NCBI GenBank assembly: GCA_002269645.1
Contig: NIVC01000349.1
Coordinates: forward strand, 1 to 64,000
Direction of reading: 5' to 3'
DNA from: Macrostomum lignano
Lineage: Eukaryota
Length of the DNA stretch: 64,000 bases
Shown piece by piece: positions 1 to 30,618 of the stretch; position 1 is the first letter of the stretch; each line of letters opens with the position of its first letter. The notes under the pieces were generated by a model. That model saw only the letters and a program-made list of their open reading frames with translations. It did no database searches and had not been told where the DNA came from. The position numbers were made by a program, and so were the translations under genes.

Positions 1-6709
<6,709 letters not shown>

Positions 6710-7359
6710 TTGATTAATTGATTGTGTTTTATTGAGGCAGAACTGCCGGTCTCTTTGTTTTATTACTTTGAATTTACTTCCGCAGTTTCAACAGCCAATT
6801 GATAAGAAGAGACAGGTGTCAGTTGTTACAAAAAGAATTCAAAGAAAATTACAGTTTAAACGCTGGTAAAAACATTCAGTTATAACAAACTAAAAGTGGC
6901 AGTTGGCTGTGCGAAGCGATGATTCTTTTTGTTTTGGAAAAAAAACAAACAAACTTTTCTATAGGGTAGGAACTCAGTCCAACTACTATATAAGTAGAAC
7001 TGGTTTTTGTTTTAACAAACTAAAGAACGTACAGAATTTATTTCCAAACGACTGTGTTATCGATTTAATTTTAAAATATTGAATTTTTTAGTCTAAGAAA
7101 TTTTCAGACACGCTTTACTAAATCTGGCATATGAAATCGAATTAAAAATAATATCGAATTTTAACGGAATTATTTTTCAAAGTTTTCTACTAACAGTAGC
7201 GTAACTTGCGTTTTTTAATTCGCCTTTTATTTATTTATTTATTTATTTATTTAATTCGATAAAACGAATGGTATTAAAACACTGAAAAGGGGCATCAGAT
7301 TTTTGGAGATGAAATAATATGACGTGCTGAAGTAGGAGTCAGGTGTGCTGATGTCTGTG

Positions 7360-7500
7360 GGAAGACAGGAAGGGTGGGGGAGACAGGAAGGGTGGGGAGA
7401 CAGGATGGGGTGAGGAGACAGGATGGGGTGGGGAGACAGAATGGGGTGGGGAGACAGGATGGGGTGGGGGGGACAGGATGGGTGGGGGAGACAGGATGTG
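7360..7500 (+). repeat. ~19-bp G-rich minisatellite (ggggagacaggatggggtg)
   Basis: About 7 degenerate tandem units. (TTTA)n lies at ~7225-7252 and (TA)n at 7832-7861. Confidence 0.85.
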
Positions 7501-7828
7501 GTGGGTGCAGTCAGGAAGGGGCAATCCCGATCATTCTCAGACGCATAACCAATTAGATTTTGCAAAAATAATGTTCCACAAATATTATTTGTTACTATCA
7601 GTACTATGAACGGCTCCATTTTCAGCTCCTCTATTGACATCAGAAAAACCGTATTGGCTATCCGATTTTCATCCAATTGGCAATGTAGAAATTTCCCACT
7701 CCCCTCCATACCAGGGCTTTATTAGCTAGTTTATTTGGGAATAATGATTCCTCCTATATTAAATTCCTCCAAGCGGCCGTATCGCTGCAGCAAAGAACTC
7801 AGCCCACAGGCAGACAGACTGAGAGAGG

Positions 7829-7866
<38 letters not shown>

Positions 7867-8329
7867 GCCCAGAGAAAAATCAAGGCTCACGGAGTCCCCA
7901 TTGTCTTTGCCGGAGAGCTGCGCACATGGGGGACTTGCAAGCGGATCTGCTGCCATAATCCGCTCAGCTCTCTTCCTCATAATAATAATCAATCATTTTT
8001 TGAATCGGTAAGCCGCCGCCAGATTTCAATTGTTGGGGGGTGGATTTTGTTTGAATGGAGCCGCGCTATTATTCTGATTAATAAATTATAATTATAATTG
8101 ATTTTCCTCCAAGAGAACCGGATTTGCAGTCCGGGAAAATAAAATAAAATGGCTGGAGGCAGCAAAAAAGTTGATTGCATTTTTTATTTCATTCTTAGGC
8201 CAGACTCTATTCAGGCTATTGTTTAACTGTTGCATTCGGCAGGAGATCTGCCTTGATTTGGGGCATTGAAGCCTGCTTGTGAATTTGCGTAAGTTAATAC
8301 TTGATTTGTGTCAGGTCGATAATATTTGT

Positions 8330-8820
8330 GTCAGTCTGGTTGATTCTGGATTTGTGTCAGGATGATATTTGATTTGTGTCAGGATGATACTTGATTTGTT
8401 TAAGGATGATTATGGATTTGTGTCAGGATGATTCTGGATTTGTGTCAGGATGATTATGGATTTGTGTCAGGATGATTATGGATTTGTGTCAGGATGATTC
8501 TGGATTTGTGTCAGGATGATACTTTATTTGTGTCAGGATGATTCTGGATTTGTGTCAGGATGATTATGGATTTGTGTCAGGATGATTCTGGATTTGTGTC
8601 AGGATGATTATGGATTTGTGTCAGGATGATTATGGATTTGTGTCAGGATGATTATGGATTTGTGTCAGGATGATTATGGATTTGTGTCAGGATGATTATG
8701 GATTTGTGTCAGGATGATTATGGATTTGTGTCAGGATGATTCTGGATTTGTGTCAGGATGATTATGGATTTGTGTCAGGATGATACTTGATTTGTGTCGG
8801 GATGATTCTGGATTTGTGTC
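8330..8820 (+). repeat. 22-bp satellite (ggatttgtgtcaggatgattat)
   Basis: Period of 22 measured directly (8591 to 8613). Confidence 0.95.
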
Positions 8821-8822
8821 AG

Positions 8823-9350
8823 GATACAGTATTTGTGTCAGATTAGTTTCAGTGGATACAGTATTTGTGTCAGATTAGTTTCAGTGGACACAGTATTTGT
8901 GTCAGATTAGTTTCAGTGGATACAGTATTTGTGTCAGATTAATTTCAGTGGATACAGTATTTGTGTCAGATTAGTTTCAGTGGACACAGTATTTGTGTCA
9001 GATTAGTTTCAGTGGGTACAGTATTTGTGTCAGATTGTTTCAGTGGATACAGTATTTGTGTCAGATTGTTTCAGTGGATACGGTATTTGTGTCAGATTGT
9101 TTCAGTGGGTACAGTAGTTGTGTCAGATTATTTTCAGTGGATACGGTATTTGTGTCAGATTGTTTCAGTGGGTACAGTATTTGTGTCAGATTAGCTTTAT
9201 TGGATACAGTATTTGTGTCAGATTAGCTTCAGTGGATACAGTATTTGTGTCAGATTAGTTTCAGTGGATACAGTATTTGTGTCAGGTTAATTTCAGTGGG
9301 TACAGTATTTGTGTCAGATTAGTTTCAGTGGGTACAGTATTTGTGTCAGG
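8823..9350 (+). repeat. 32-bp satellite (gatacagtatttgtgtcagattagtttcagtg)
   Basis: Period of 32 (8823 to 8855); shares the core atttgtgtcag with the adjacent 22-bp array. Confidence 0.95.
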
Positions 9351-10049
9351 CTCGCTCGTTATCGAAGTTGTTATCGAAGAGCTAAATGAGACGGCGAGAT
9401 GCCTCCTCATGAGGCCACTAATTAAAAGCTGCAAATTGATTGCGGGGATGAAACCCTCAATTGAAGCTATATTAGGATCTGAAATGAAAGGCGCTTTCTT
9501 AGAAAGAACAAAACCCTACACCCCTCAGTTTCCCACTAAGGCAGGAAGGCCTGAATCTTTTCGGGAAACAGCGGCCTCACTTCAGTTATAAAACCAAACA
9601 CTTTTCCGGCAACAAAAACTGAAAGTCGAAAACGGAGTGCAACTTCCGGTTTTGCCGTTCGTCACGTTATAACAAATCGTGATTTTACACCTACCGCAGA
9701 TTTCGTTAATTAGACGCTGAAAAACACTTCCTGACTGCCCTTCATCAAAGCAAAAGCTGCGGAATTTGCAGTGAAATTTTTGTTTAAAGCAGGCGGAACA
9801 TCTTGCTACAGTTGTGGATTAGTCAGGAGGACTAGAAAACTTTTTTAGAAAAGCAAAATTTCAACTTTATTGCCAAAGACAAATGCCTAACAGCTTCTTC
9901 GACTCTTAGTGGTCCTTGTGCAGAAAAGGTGAAAATGCGTGTTTATAATTCTTACGCTATATGTAAACATCCTTGTCGCATTATTAAATAGAAATTTCAT
10001 TTCAATACTGCCTCATTTATCCTCCGAACCAATTGACATGATTGACATG

Positions 10050-11180
10050 ACACTGGGCCCTCCTGACACCTGCCTTTTGACCCTCCTGACACCTGCCTTT
10101 TGACCCTCCTGACACCCGCCTCTTGACTCTCCTGACAGAAGAGTCGCCTCTTGACTCTCCTAACCCCTGCCTCTTGACTCTCCTGACACCTGCCTCTTGA
10201 CTCTCCTGACACCCGCCTCTTGACTCTCCTGACACCCGCCTCTTGACTCTCCTCTCACCCGCCTCTTGACTGTTCTGACACCCGCCTCTTGACTCTCCTG
10301 ACACCCGCCTCTTGACTCTCCTGACACCCACCTCTTGACTGTCCTGAAACCCGCTTCTTGACTGTCCTGACACCCGCTTCTTGACCCTCCTGACACCCGC
10401 CTCTCGACTCTCCTGACACCCGCTTCTTGACTCTCCTCTCACCCGCCTCTTGACTCTCCTGACACCCGCCTCTTGACCCTCCTGACACCCGCCTCTTGAC
10501 TCTCCTCTCACCCGCCTCTTGACCCTCCTGACACTCGCCTCTTGACTCTCCTCTCACCCGCCTCTTGACTCTCCTGACACCCGCCTCTTGACTCTCCTCT
10601 CACCCGCCTCTTGACTGTTCTGACACCCACCTCTTGACTCTCCTGACACCCGCCTCTTGACTCTCCTGACACCCACCTCTTGACTGTCCTGACACCCGCT
10701 TCTTGACTCTCTTGACACCCGCCTCTTGACTCTCCTGACACCCGCCTCTTGACTCTCCTGACACCCGCCTCTTGACTCTCCTGACACCCGCCTCTTGACT
10801 CTCCTAACACCCGCTTCTTGACTCTCCTGACACCCGCCTCTCGACTCTCCTGACACCCGCCTCTTGACTCTCCTGACACCCGCCTCTTGACTCTCCTGAC
10901 ACCCGCCTCTTGACTCTCCTAACACCCGCTTCTTGACTCTCCTGACACCCGCCTCTTGACTCTCCTGACACCCGCCTCTTGACTCTCCTCTCACCCGCCT
11001 CTTGACCCTCCTGACACCCGCCTCATGACCCTCCTGACACCCATCTCTTGACTCTCCTGACATCCGCCTATTGACTCTCCTGACATCCGCCTTTTGACTC
11101 TCCTGACATCCACCTCTTGACTCTCCTGACACCTGCCTTTTGACTCTACTGACATCCACCTCTTGACTCTCCTGAAAACT
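10050..11180 (+). repeat. 23-bp satellite (cctgacacccgcctcttgactct)
   Basis: Period of 23 (10741 to 10764). Confidence 0.96.
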
Positions 11181-11899
11181 CCCCCTTGGCCCTTCTTGAC
11201 CCCCACAGGCCCCATATGCTGAACGAATGCCTTCAACAAGTATTGTACTTACCACTGCATTATGAAATCTATCGAACACAGGTCACTGAGACAGCCTCAC
11301 TCAGTCCACAAGATCAAAGCCAAAGTGTTTGCATGGTGACACAGGCAGCTCAATAGTAAAACGCAGTCACCCCACCTGCATTCAGCATGGATGATTGACA
11401 ACTGGGCGAGAGGCAAAAAAAACTGCAGTCACTCTTATTGATAGCACTGTGTCCATCCCTACCTGCTCCTGTCAGTCCATCGCCGTCGCCAAAAAGCAGA
11501 GATGCATAATGAATGACTGTAGGGAAGGACTTACATATAATATATGTCCAAGATAAAATCTAAAAAAAAGTTTTGGCACAGATGACGGCCTTGCAGCTCC
11601 GCCCCCCCCCCGTCAGGCCAGAAAATTTCATCCAGCGCCACCACTGGAGCTGCCTGGCTGACCGGCAATTCTCAACTCCGCTCAAGTTAATAGCTTAAGA
11701 AAAGATGTAATATACTTGTCAATCTCCAGCTGCCTTCCTCTACTGACTTCCCTTCCCCGTTAGCCATGAAGCCCTTGGAGACAGAAACTGGAGTCACCAC
11801 AAATCTCAAAGTTCCTTATAGGCGTTTAATTCAGCATTTTTGTAGCCATTTTGCCTTTGAAAGTTTGGATTTTTAATCTAAATTCAAATGACTGTCCTC

Positions 11900-12060
11900 T
11901 CTCTTGACTCTCCTGACACCCGCCTCTTGACTGTCATGACACCCGCTTCTTGACTCTCCTGACACCCGCTTCTTGACTCTCCTGACACCCGCTTCTTGAC
12001 TCTCCTGACACCCGCTTCTTGACTCTCCTGACACCCGCCTCTTGACTCTCCTGACACCTG
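11900..12060 (+). repeat. Second short array of the same 23-bp satellite
   Basis: About 7 units of cctgacacccgc(c/t)tcttgactct, same orientation as 10050-11180. Confidence 0.93.
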
Positions 12061-13094
12061 CCCAGCCTAATAAAGAAATCTGGTTCCAACAAATGTGTTT
12101 TAAAAAGCTCAAAATTCCAAGATTGGAGGATTTTACGAAAAGTTAGAATCCGCTATTCCAGATCACAACTCCAGTTGTCCCTGATCTGGATCCTCGCTAA
12201 AATTCAAATCCCCCAACTAGAAATTGCGTGCTGCATCCCAATCCGCTGATTTCTCCTGGCTCCAGCCTTTCTCTCCCGCCTGACTATATTTTAACAAAGG
12301 TATTTAACAAATAAGAACTTTTTGCGAAACGAGATTAGGGAGGGGGGATCTTAGGCTGCCAATGGTTGGTACAGCACACCATGCTCAGCATCAAAAGCCT
12401 TGACGTGACGGCTAAATCCCCCCCCATTTTCGTTTTTAGACATCTCCCACCCAGTCCTTCTAGCCTCGCCCTAGCAACCACCCCACTCCTCGGGTCTGTC
12501 TTTCTGCTAGAGTCGACTCAATATAAGCTCTCTCTCTCTCTCTCTCTATACACACACATTGTCTCGGAGCACAATTGCAGGTTAGCAATAATAATATTCA
12601 GACTAAAGCGGGTAGGGGGAGGGGCAGAGTCGCCAGGGAGTCTGGGGCTCAAACTCACTTCGTCTCGGCTTCATCTGCTGCCTCTGTGTCTCTGTCTGTC
12701 TGCCTGTCTGCCTTGCCTGCGCGCCTGTCGCAGCCTGGGGGCTGCTGGCTCCATCAAGCTTAAGCAGACTGACTGGATTTGGGAGCAAAGCAGCTCTTCT
12801 TTGGTAATAATTGCCCGGCAAGAGTGGCCTTATAGCTTTTTTCCTTATTAAAGAAATTTTCCATTTCCAAATTTCTTTTAGGGCCAATTATCTTTCTGCT
12901 GTATTTTCTATAATTTGCCAGGGCTGTGAGGTGCGGCTGCAGCCAACTCAGTCTTTGTTTAGTTGAACAAAGGAGAGTCCTGTTCCTGCCTTTGGGGAAG
13001 GGTAGATGGGGCCGCTGACACCTCAAATGAGCTGCCGAAAGTATATTGAGGCCCCTTGCTATGACTTTGGCGCCGGTAAAATGAACTAGCGTTT

Positions 13095-13298
13095 CTGGTG
13101 CTGGCGCCTCTGGTTCTGGCGCCTTTGGTGCTGGCGCCTCTGGTGCTGGCGCCTCTGGTGCTGGCGCCTCTGGTGCTGGCGCCTCTGGTGCTGGCGCCTC
13201 TGGTGCTGGCGCCTCTGGTGCTGGCGCCTCTGGTGCTGGCGCCTCTGGTGCTGGCGCCTCTGGTGCTGGCGCCTCTGGTGCTGGCGCCTCTGATGCTG
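13095..13298 (+). repeat. 15-bp minisatellite (ctggtgctggcgcct)
   Basis: About 13 near-perfect units; source of the APEAP and LVLAP ORFs. Confidence 0.96.
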
Positions 13299-14231
13299 GG
13301 GAAAATGAAATGAAGCCATCCCAGATGAAATGGCGCCTCCTCAATAGCAATTCCTCAGTGAAGCCTCTGCTCCCCAAAGACAGCACAATGAACAATTATC
13401 CTACAACACAGAGCATCACTCGTCAATTGATTCAGTAAAGAACTACATTACTCCACATCTCATTCATTCGAATTAATATGCAATGACATGTCTATTATAG
13501 ATAATTAGCTCAGCAATTAACTGTTAGTTTTCAATTAACTCTACAGCAGTTTGCGTGTGAGTCCTATATAATTCTCTGCAAAAGCGGAATCACTGCTTCA
13601 GTAAAGTGCCAAGTTGTGTCAGAGTTTGTGTCAGAGTTTTATAACAAAAAATGCTTTCAACAACAGGCCTTCGCGTCCTCTATGGATGGCGGCTATGAAA
13701 AAAAGGATCTTTAAAGTTTGGCCGTTTTGTGTTCAATGCTAGCAATAAAATTTCCGTGCAGCATTGAGTGAATTAAGCAACTCGAACCCAGATCAGTGGA
13801 ACAGCTGATGCACACCAAATGGAGTGTTAGCACAGGCAAGGGGCAGACTATTAACAGTGTGCAGTGCAGTGCGGTGCAGTTTCCGTTCTTATAATAAATT
13901 CCGCATAGGAAGCTGCGCCCAGTCAGCATCTTTGCCTCATCAGCGGCAAAGTCTGGCATGCAGCGCCTGGAAGGCATCTCTGTGGCCCCAAATTACTGGC
14001 AGATGCTAGCGATCCGCCGGCGTGACACTGGCTGCGTTTCTTTTAAGTTCAAACTGGCCAAGAACCGCTGCCCTGCCTTCTGGGGAGGGACCTCTTCGAT
14101 ACCTGGATTGGAAACCAGATCGGTTGTCCTGCGATTAACATTAGGGCCAAGCCCCAAGGCACGGAGATTGTACATGACTGACGAATAGAAAGTCAAAGGG
14201 CTGCTGAACACCCTGTGTGAGCGTGTGTACG

Positions 14232-14720
14232 CAGGGGCGTCGCCATGGATTCCATGGTGGGGGGGGACAAAGCCAAGAATACTACTATGCACATTATTTT
14301 TAGAATCGGTGTTGTCAACGACAATTTTGGCGCCGCAGCACTCGTTTTAGCGCCTCAGGCACTCATTTTAGCACCGCAGGCGCCATTTTAGCGCCACAGG
14401 CCCCATTTTAGCGCCACAGGCCCCATTTTAGCACCGCAGGCGCCATTTTAGCGCCACAGGCCCCATTTTAGTGCCACAGGGCCCATTTTAGCGCCACAGG
14501 CCCCATTTTAGCGCCACAGGCCCTATTTTAGCGCCACAGGCCCCATTTTAGCGCCACAGGCCCCATTTTCGCGCCGCAGGCACCATTTTAGCGCCACAGG
14601 CCCCATTTAAGCGCCGCAGGCACCATTTTAGCGCCACAGGCCCCATTTAAGCGCCACAAGCACTCATTTTGGCACCGCAGGCGCTATACCGAAGCATTTT
14701 TTCGCTCTGAAGCAACATTT
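14232..14720 (+). mobile_element. Dispersed non-autonomous element beginning CAGGGGCGTCGCC, with an internal 20-bp minisatellite (ccccattttagcgccacagg, ~14325-14690)
   Basis: The 5' part (ggggcgtcgccatggatt...ggggacaaagccaagaat...agaatcggtgtt) recurs at 36521-36700. No 3' TIR found. Confidence 0.6.
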
Positions 14721-15329
14721 TTTATTTACATAACAGGTCAACAAAGGTCTACCTCATAACTTTTACGGGGGGGGGGGGAGGACACACTAAACAGTGAAAC
14801 ACAGTGAAACCCACTATTGTATAGAATTCTGCTTTATTGAAAAAAATCAACAGTCCAGATTCACTTAGAGGTCCCCGACCCGCAGTCCCCCCCACGCGGG
14901 GTCTTAACAAACCAACGGCCCGAGGCCTCCCATAGCGGGTGTTTTGTTGCGAAAATCTTTTAGTCCGTCGTGTTATTTTCTAAGAAAAAACTGCTGTTGG
15001 GCGAGGGCGAGGCAGGACCGGACCAGACAGTGCGAGGTTGCCTCGGGAGAGTTTTATTGCAACTTTGTGCCGGTTATGGTGGTCCAGTCTTCCTTGCGAA
15101 GTTTTTGCAGCAGATTTCTTCTGTTCAGATTTTCTGTGTTGCTTCCTAATTTTGAGAATTATAATTAGTGCAGTGCATGTATAGAAAAAAGGGAAAGATT
15201 GTTAGGCAGTTTGCTGCTTTTGCTTTAAGGAGTACAAATAGTTCGAGCGCGTGGAAGACAAAATATTTTGCATCTCTGCTTTTGTAATTGTTTAGGAACT
15301 ACTTGGTGAAAAACATGTAGGGCAAGAGA

Positions 15330-15700
15330 GGGACAGGATAGGTTAGAGAAAGAGAGAGAGGGGTAGAGAGGTAGAGAGGAGGGTAGAGAGGGAGAGGATA
15401 GGTTAGAGAAAGAGAGAGAGGGGTAGAGAGGTAGAGAGGAGGGTAGAGAGGTAGAGAGGAGGGTACAGAGGTAGAGAGGAGGGTACAGAGGTAGAGAGAG
15501 GGGTACAGAGGTAGAGAGGAGGGTACAGAGGTAGAGAGGAGGGTACTGATTGAGAGAGGAGGTTACAGAGGGAGAGAGGAGGGTACTGAGTGAGAGAGGA
15601 GGGTAAAGAGGGAGAGAGGAGGGTACAGAGGAGGAGGTGAGGAGGGTAGAGAGGGAGAGAGGAGGGTAGAGAGGGAGACAGGAGGGTACAGAGGGAGAGA
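15330..15700 (+). repeat. Purine-rich low-complexity repeat (gagggtacagaggtagagag-like)
   Basis: Degenerate ~20-bp GA-rich units upstream of the protocadherin. Confidence 0.9.
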
Positions 15701-15827
15701 GGTTACCAAAATGATCCAAAGTCTAATTTTTTAAGCAGAAAAGCATTGAAAAGTGGAACATAATTCCTACTGAAAGCATAAAACAATTCCACACGCAGGT
15801 GACTTGGACACTTGGCCCCAGAATCCC

Positions 15828-27286
<11,459 letters not shown>

Positions 27287-29533
27287 TTAATAATTTTGTA
27301 TTTTGTTATATTCGTTTGTAATCGTGTGCAACTAATTTAATATTGAGTCTTGTGCCAGAATGTCTAATATTTTCTACATATGTATGCCATTTTATTCATG
27401 CGTGTACATGTCCATGAAAGCTATTTTTGAAGTAATTGTGGATTTAGCAAGTCACATTTAACGATCTTCTTATAGGTACATTATATGAGATACTTATAAT
27501 CACTGAGACCCAAGCATATGTGATTCTGTGCTTTCTGTGTTCTTGCATGTATTTCAAAGGAGGCTTTGAATATATATTTTCTATCGCAGTAGCAGAAATA
27601 TGCTGCATCTATATATAATTCACAGCGCACTGCTGTGATGACCAAAGTAGTATTAAATGCAGTACAAATCTCTTCAATAATTTTATAAAATATCACGATT
27701 TCAATTCGATCGTCTGAACACGCGCAGTATTGCAGGTCAATCAGGATCAAGGCTAGAATTAAAATTGAAATTAGAAATTTATATGACTTTATTAAATCTG
27801 CTAACGTCAGAATGAATGATTCAAAACTTTCAACAATATCCAAGAAAATGTGTTTGGGTGTATTCAGATGAAATTATGTAAAAAAGGAATTAATTAGAGA
27901 GAAGCGCGATTCTTCAAGCCTAATAAACTATATTTGATCCTAATATTATGCTATTATTTGCCCGGTAGAAGGTCAGATCAGAATGTCAGCCTCACTCGGG
28001 CAATTCATGCACACTCTGTATCGCTTTGCGCGTCGCTGTACAATTAGTTTAGAATGCTTAAGATGACATGATATTTATTAGAAAAATTTTTTATCTACTG
28101 CTGTCATCCAAAGTAATTATTAGTTCGAGAAGCTAATAGGTATAATACCTGTCACAACACTGGCATTTTGATTTAAATGCAAGTGCAGTCGTGTGTATGT
28201 ACGTTGTACAGGACTTCATGAATTTTCATTTAGTTTAAACTTACAAAAAACGAAAACTTTTTGTCTAATTAAAGCAGCCCAGCCAGTACTTTTCTTAAGT
28301 TTTATTATTTTAAAAATAATTGAAATAAAAAGCTAAGTTAATTAACACTGTTTTAAAAATGTACTATCAAAACATTTTGTTTGATTTTAACATCGTTCAA
28401 ACCACAATTTATAATGCGATTTTTTTCTGAGCGCGTGGTTGGCCGCCATGCATTTCAATATCAATATGTAATCGGAAAAAAAAACAAAATAATATTTAAT
28501 TTTGGCCACCATGAAAATAGTAGGTCTATCTTAGGCCTAATTTGGAAATTAGTGTTTTTCCTAGTTAATGATAAAGGCCTAGGCTAAGACTACTGGCTGG
28601 GCGGTGTGTAGTACACACTGTAATCGTGGACGTGGACGTGGTGCGCGGTCATTTCGTCTGCCACGTTATAGCAACGTAAATTGTAAAGCCATTTTTTATT
28701 ATCAGATAGCCATGTCGGGATATCTTGTAATATCCCGTTTCAAGGTTTCAAAGGTCCATGTCGATGCAGAATGTTGATGTTCAGTTTTATGTGTTTTGAA
28801 GATTAGTAATCAATCAGTAGGCCTATGCTCACTTCGTTATTGAGATAACCTATTAGATGCTTAGGCCTATATCATATCATGTTTTCTTTGCAACACAATA
28901 TTTGGCATAGTTCTAGGCCTAAGTTAACTTAAAATTAAACTGCCAGATATTTTTCAGTCAAATTGAAAATTAGGCCTAGCATAATAATTTTGACATTTTT
29001 CTTTTCACTATCTATAACCATGGCCCCTAGGCATATTTTGGAATGAAAATAACTTTGGCCAATCAGTTTTTACCAACATTAAAACCAATGTTAATTAAAA
29101 TGTATAGACTTTGACATGTGTGTGATTTCACATGATTACTTAAACTTATCCCTTTCCCCTTGGCTTGGTTGGTCAGCTAGGCCTATCCCTCCTCTTTATA
29201 ACAAAAGCTAGGTCTAAAAGGAATATTTTTGCTTAGTTAGACCTAATCTAACTATTAAGGCTTAGCTAAGTCTAAAAAATATTTAGAGCTATGTCAATCT
29301 TGGTTTATGTCTATACTATCTTGGTCATACATTGGATAGATAAGGTCTTATACTTTTTCCTGCATTGGACCCAGCATACACTTATATTGTAATATTAGAC
29401 CTAAGCCACTTAAAAGTTACTATGTTGCTTGATATTTTGAATTTTGATAACGTAATTTGTCATAATTATAAATTATGTTTTATTTAAACTGTTTTGAAAT
29501 GACTCAAAAGAAATAAATATATTGATTCAATAG

Positions 29534-29749
29534 CAGGGGCATAGCCAGGAATTTCCTACGGAGGGGAGATACACCAATGTGAATTTCCTATGGGGGGATA
29601 CACCAAGGTGAAATTTCTACGGGGGGGTACACCAAGATAAAAGTGCTCACATAGTAGCATGTATAGCGAAAAAAGGCAACAAAAAAGTTTTGGTCAGGCT
29701 CTTTGGGGGGGGGATATATCTCCCCTGATCCCCCCTCCCTATGCCACTG
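29534..29749. mobile_element. 216-bp MITE, hAT-like (CAG termini, 8-bp TSD)
   Basis: 11-bp TIR caggggcatag / rc cagtggcatag (1 mismatch). Flanks are ttcaatag (29526-29533) and ctcaatag (29750-29757), 7/8 identical. Three internal ~30-bp repeats (aatttcctac...tacaccaa). Confidence 0.7.
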
Positions 29750-30484
29750 CTCAATAGAATGCATAACACTTTTATACACATTCCAACATATTCATTTAAG
29801 GCTAGTTTTTTAAATCATTTGAATGCTATCATGAATAAAGTTTAATGACTAATTAAGCAATAGTAGGAAGTGAATAAGCAATGAATAAGCATTGAATGAG
29901 CATAAATGAACAATAAACAAACAATTAAGAAGCAGTCAATAAGCAACAAATGACTACTTAAACTTGTTATTAATCAATTGTCATGATTCTATTTCTATAT
30001 AAGGCTATCCCTTTTATGCTCGGATAGATAACTAACTATAGTTAATTGTCAGATTTTAATCTAATTGTATTTTCAAATTATATGGATTTTGATCAAATGA
30101 TAATCATAGGTTTTCTATCCTATATTTATAAATTATTATCTTTATTCTATAGTTTCATTGTCTTCAAATGTTTGGCTTTTTATCACAAGAGCTTATTGAG
30201 TCAATTTTCTACTTAGCTAGTTAGCCATATAGAAGTCTAGCAATCCTCTTTATCTTTTTTATCCAAATGTACACTAGATTCAGCTCATAGACAGGATAGC
30301 CACTTTATCAAGTTTTTAGCCACTATTGAAAAACTCAATGGCACTTAAAGTCCAAAAGATTATACACATTAAAATGCCAGTGGCTAAGTGATATTTGGTT
30401 TTAGTAGTTTGTAGACATGGTGGCACTCATACATGCGCAACCTCTAAAATTCGGTCAGCCATGTGACTTAGTTTTAACAAAAAT

Positions 30485-30618
30485 GCGATGTAGTTTTTGG
30501 CCAAAAATGTGACTTACATGTAAAAAAACCCTAAAGCAAAATTAACCCAACTTTGAGAAAACGGCAGGAGTAACTATGACTGTCTTATTAAGTCAAAATG
30601 CATCGTCAGCTACTTAGT
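30485..30618 (+). pseudogene. Decayed 28S rRNA fragment around the R2/I-PpoI target
   Basis: aaacggcAggagtaactatgactGtctta...aaatgcAtcgtcaGctaCttagt is colinear without gaps with conserved 28S AAACGGCGGGAGTAACTATGACTCTCTTAAGGTAGCCAAATGCCTCGTCATCTAATTAGT. Weaker upstream match gcgatgtagtttttggcca ~ GCGATGTGATTTCTGCCCA. No surrounding rDNA unit. Confidence 0.75.

Noticed and set aside
28600-28625. gggcggtgtgta matching the reverse complement of the universal SSU rRNA 1392 region
   Set aside because: Only 12 nt, not extendable with correct spacing, and on the opposite strand to the 28S fragment.
28717-28738. 8-bp hairpin cgggatat-cttgta-atatcccg as a Helitron end
   Set aside because: No CTRR terminus follows, and short hairpins are expected by chance.
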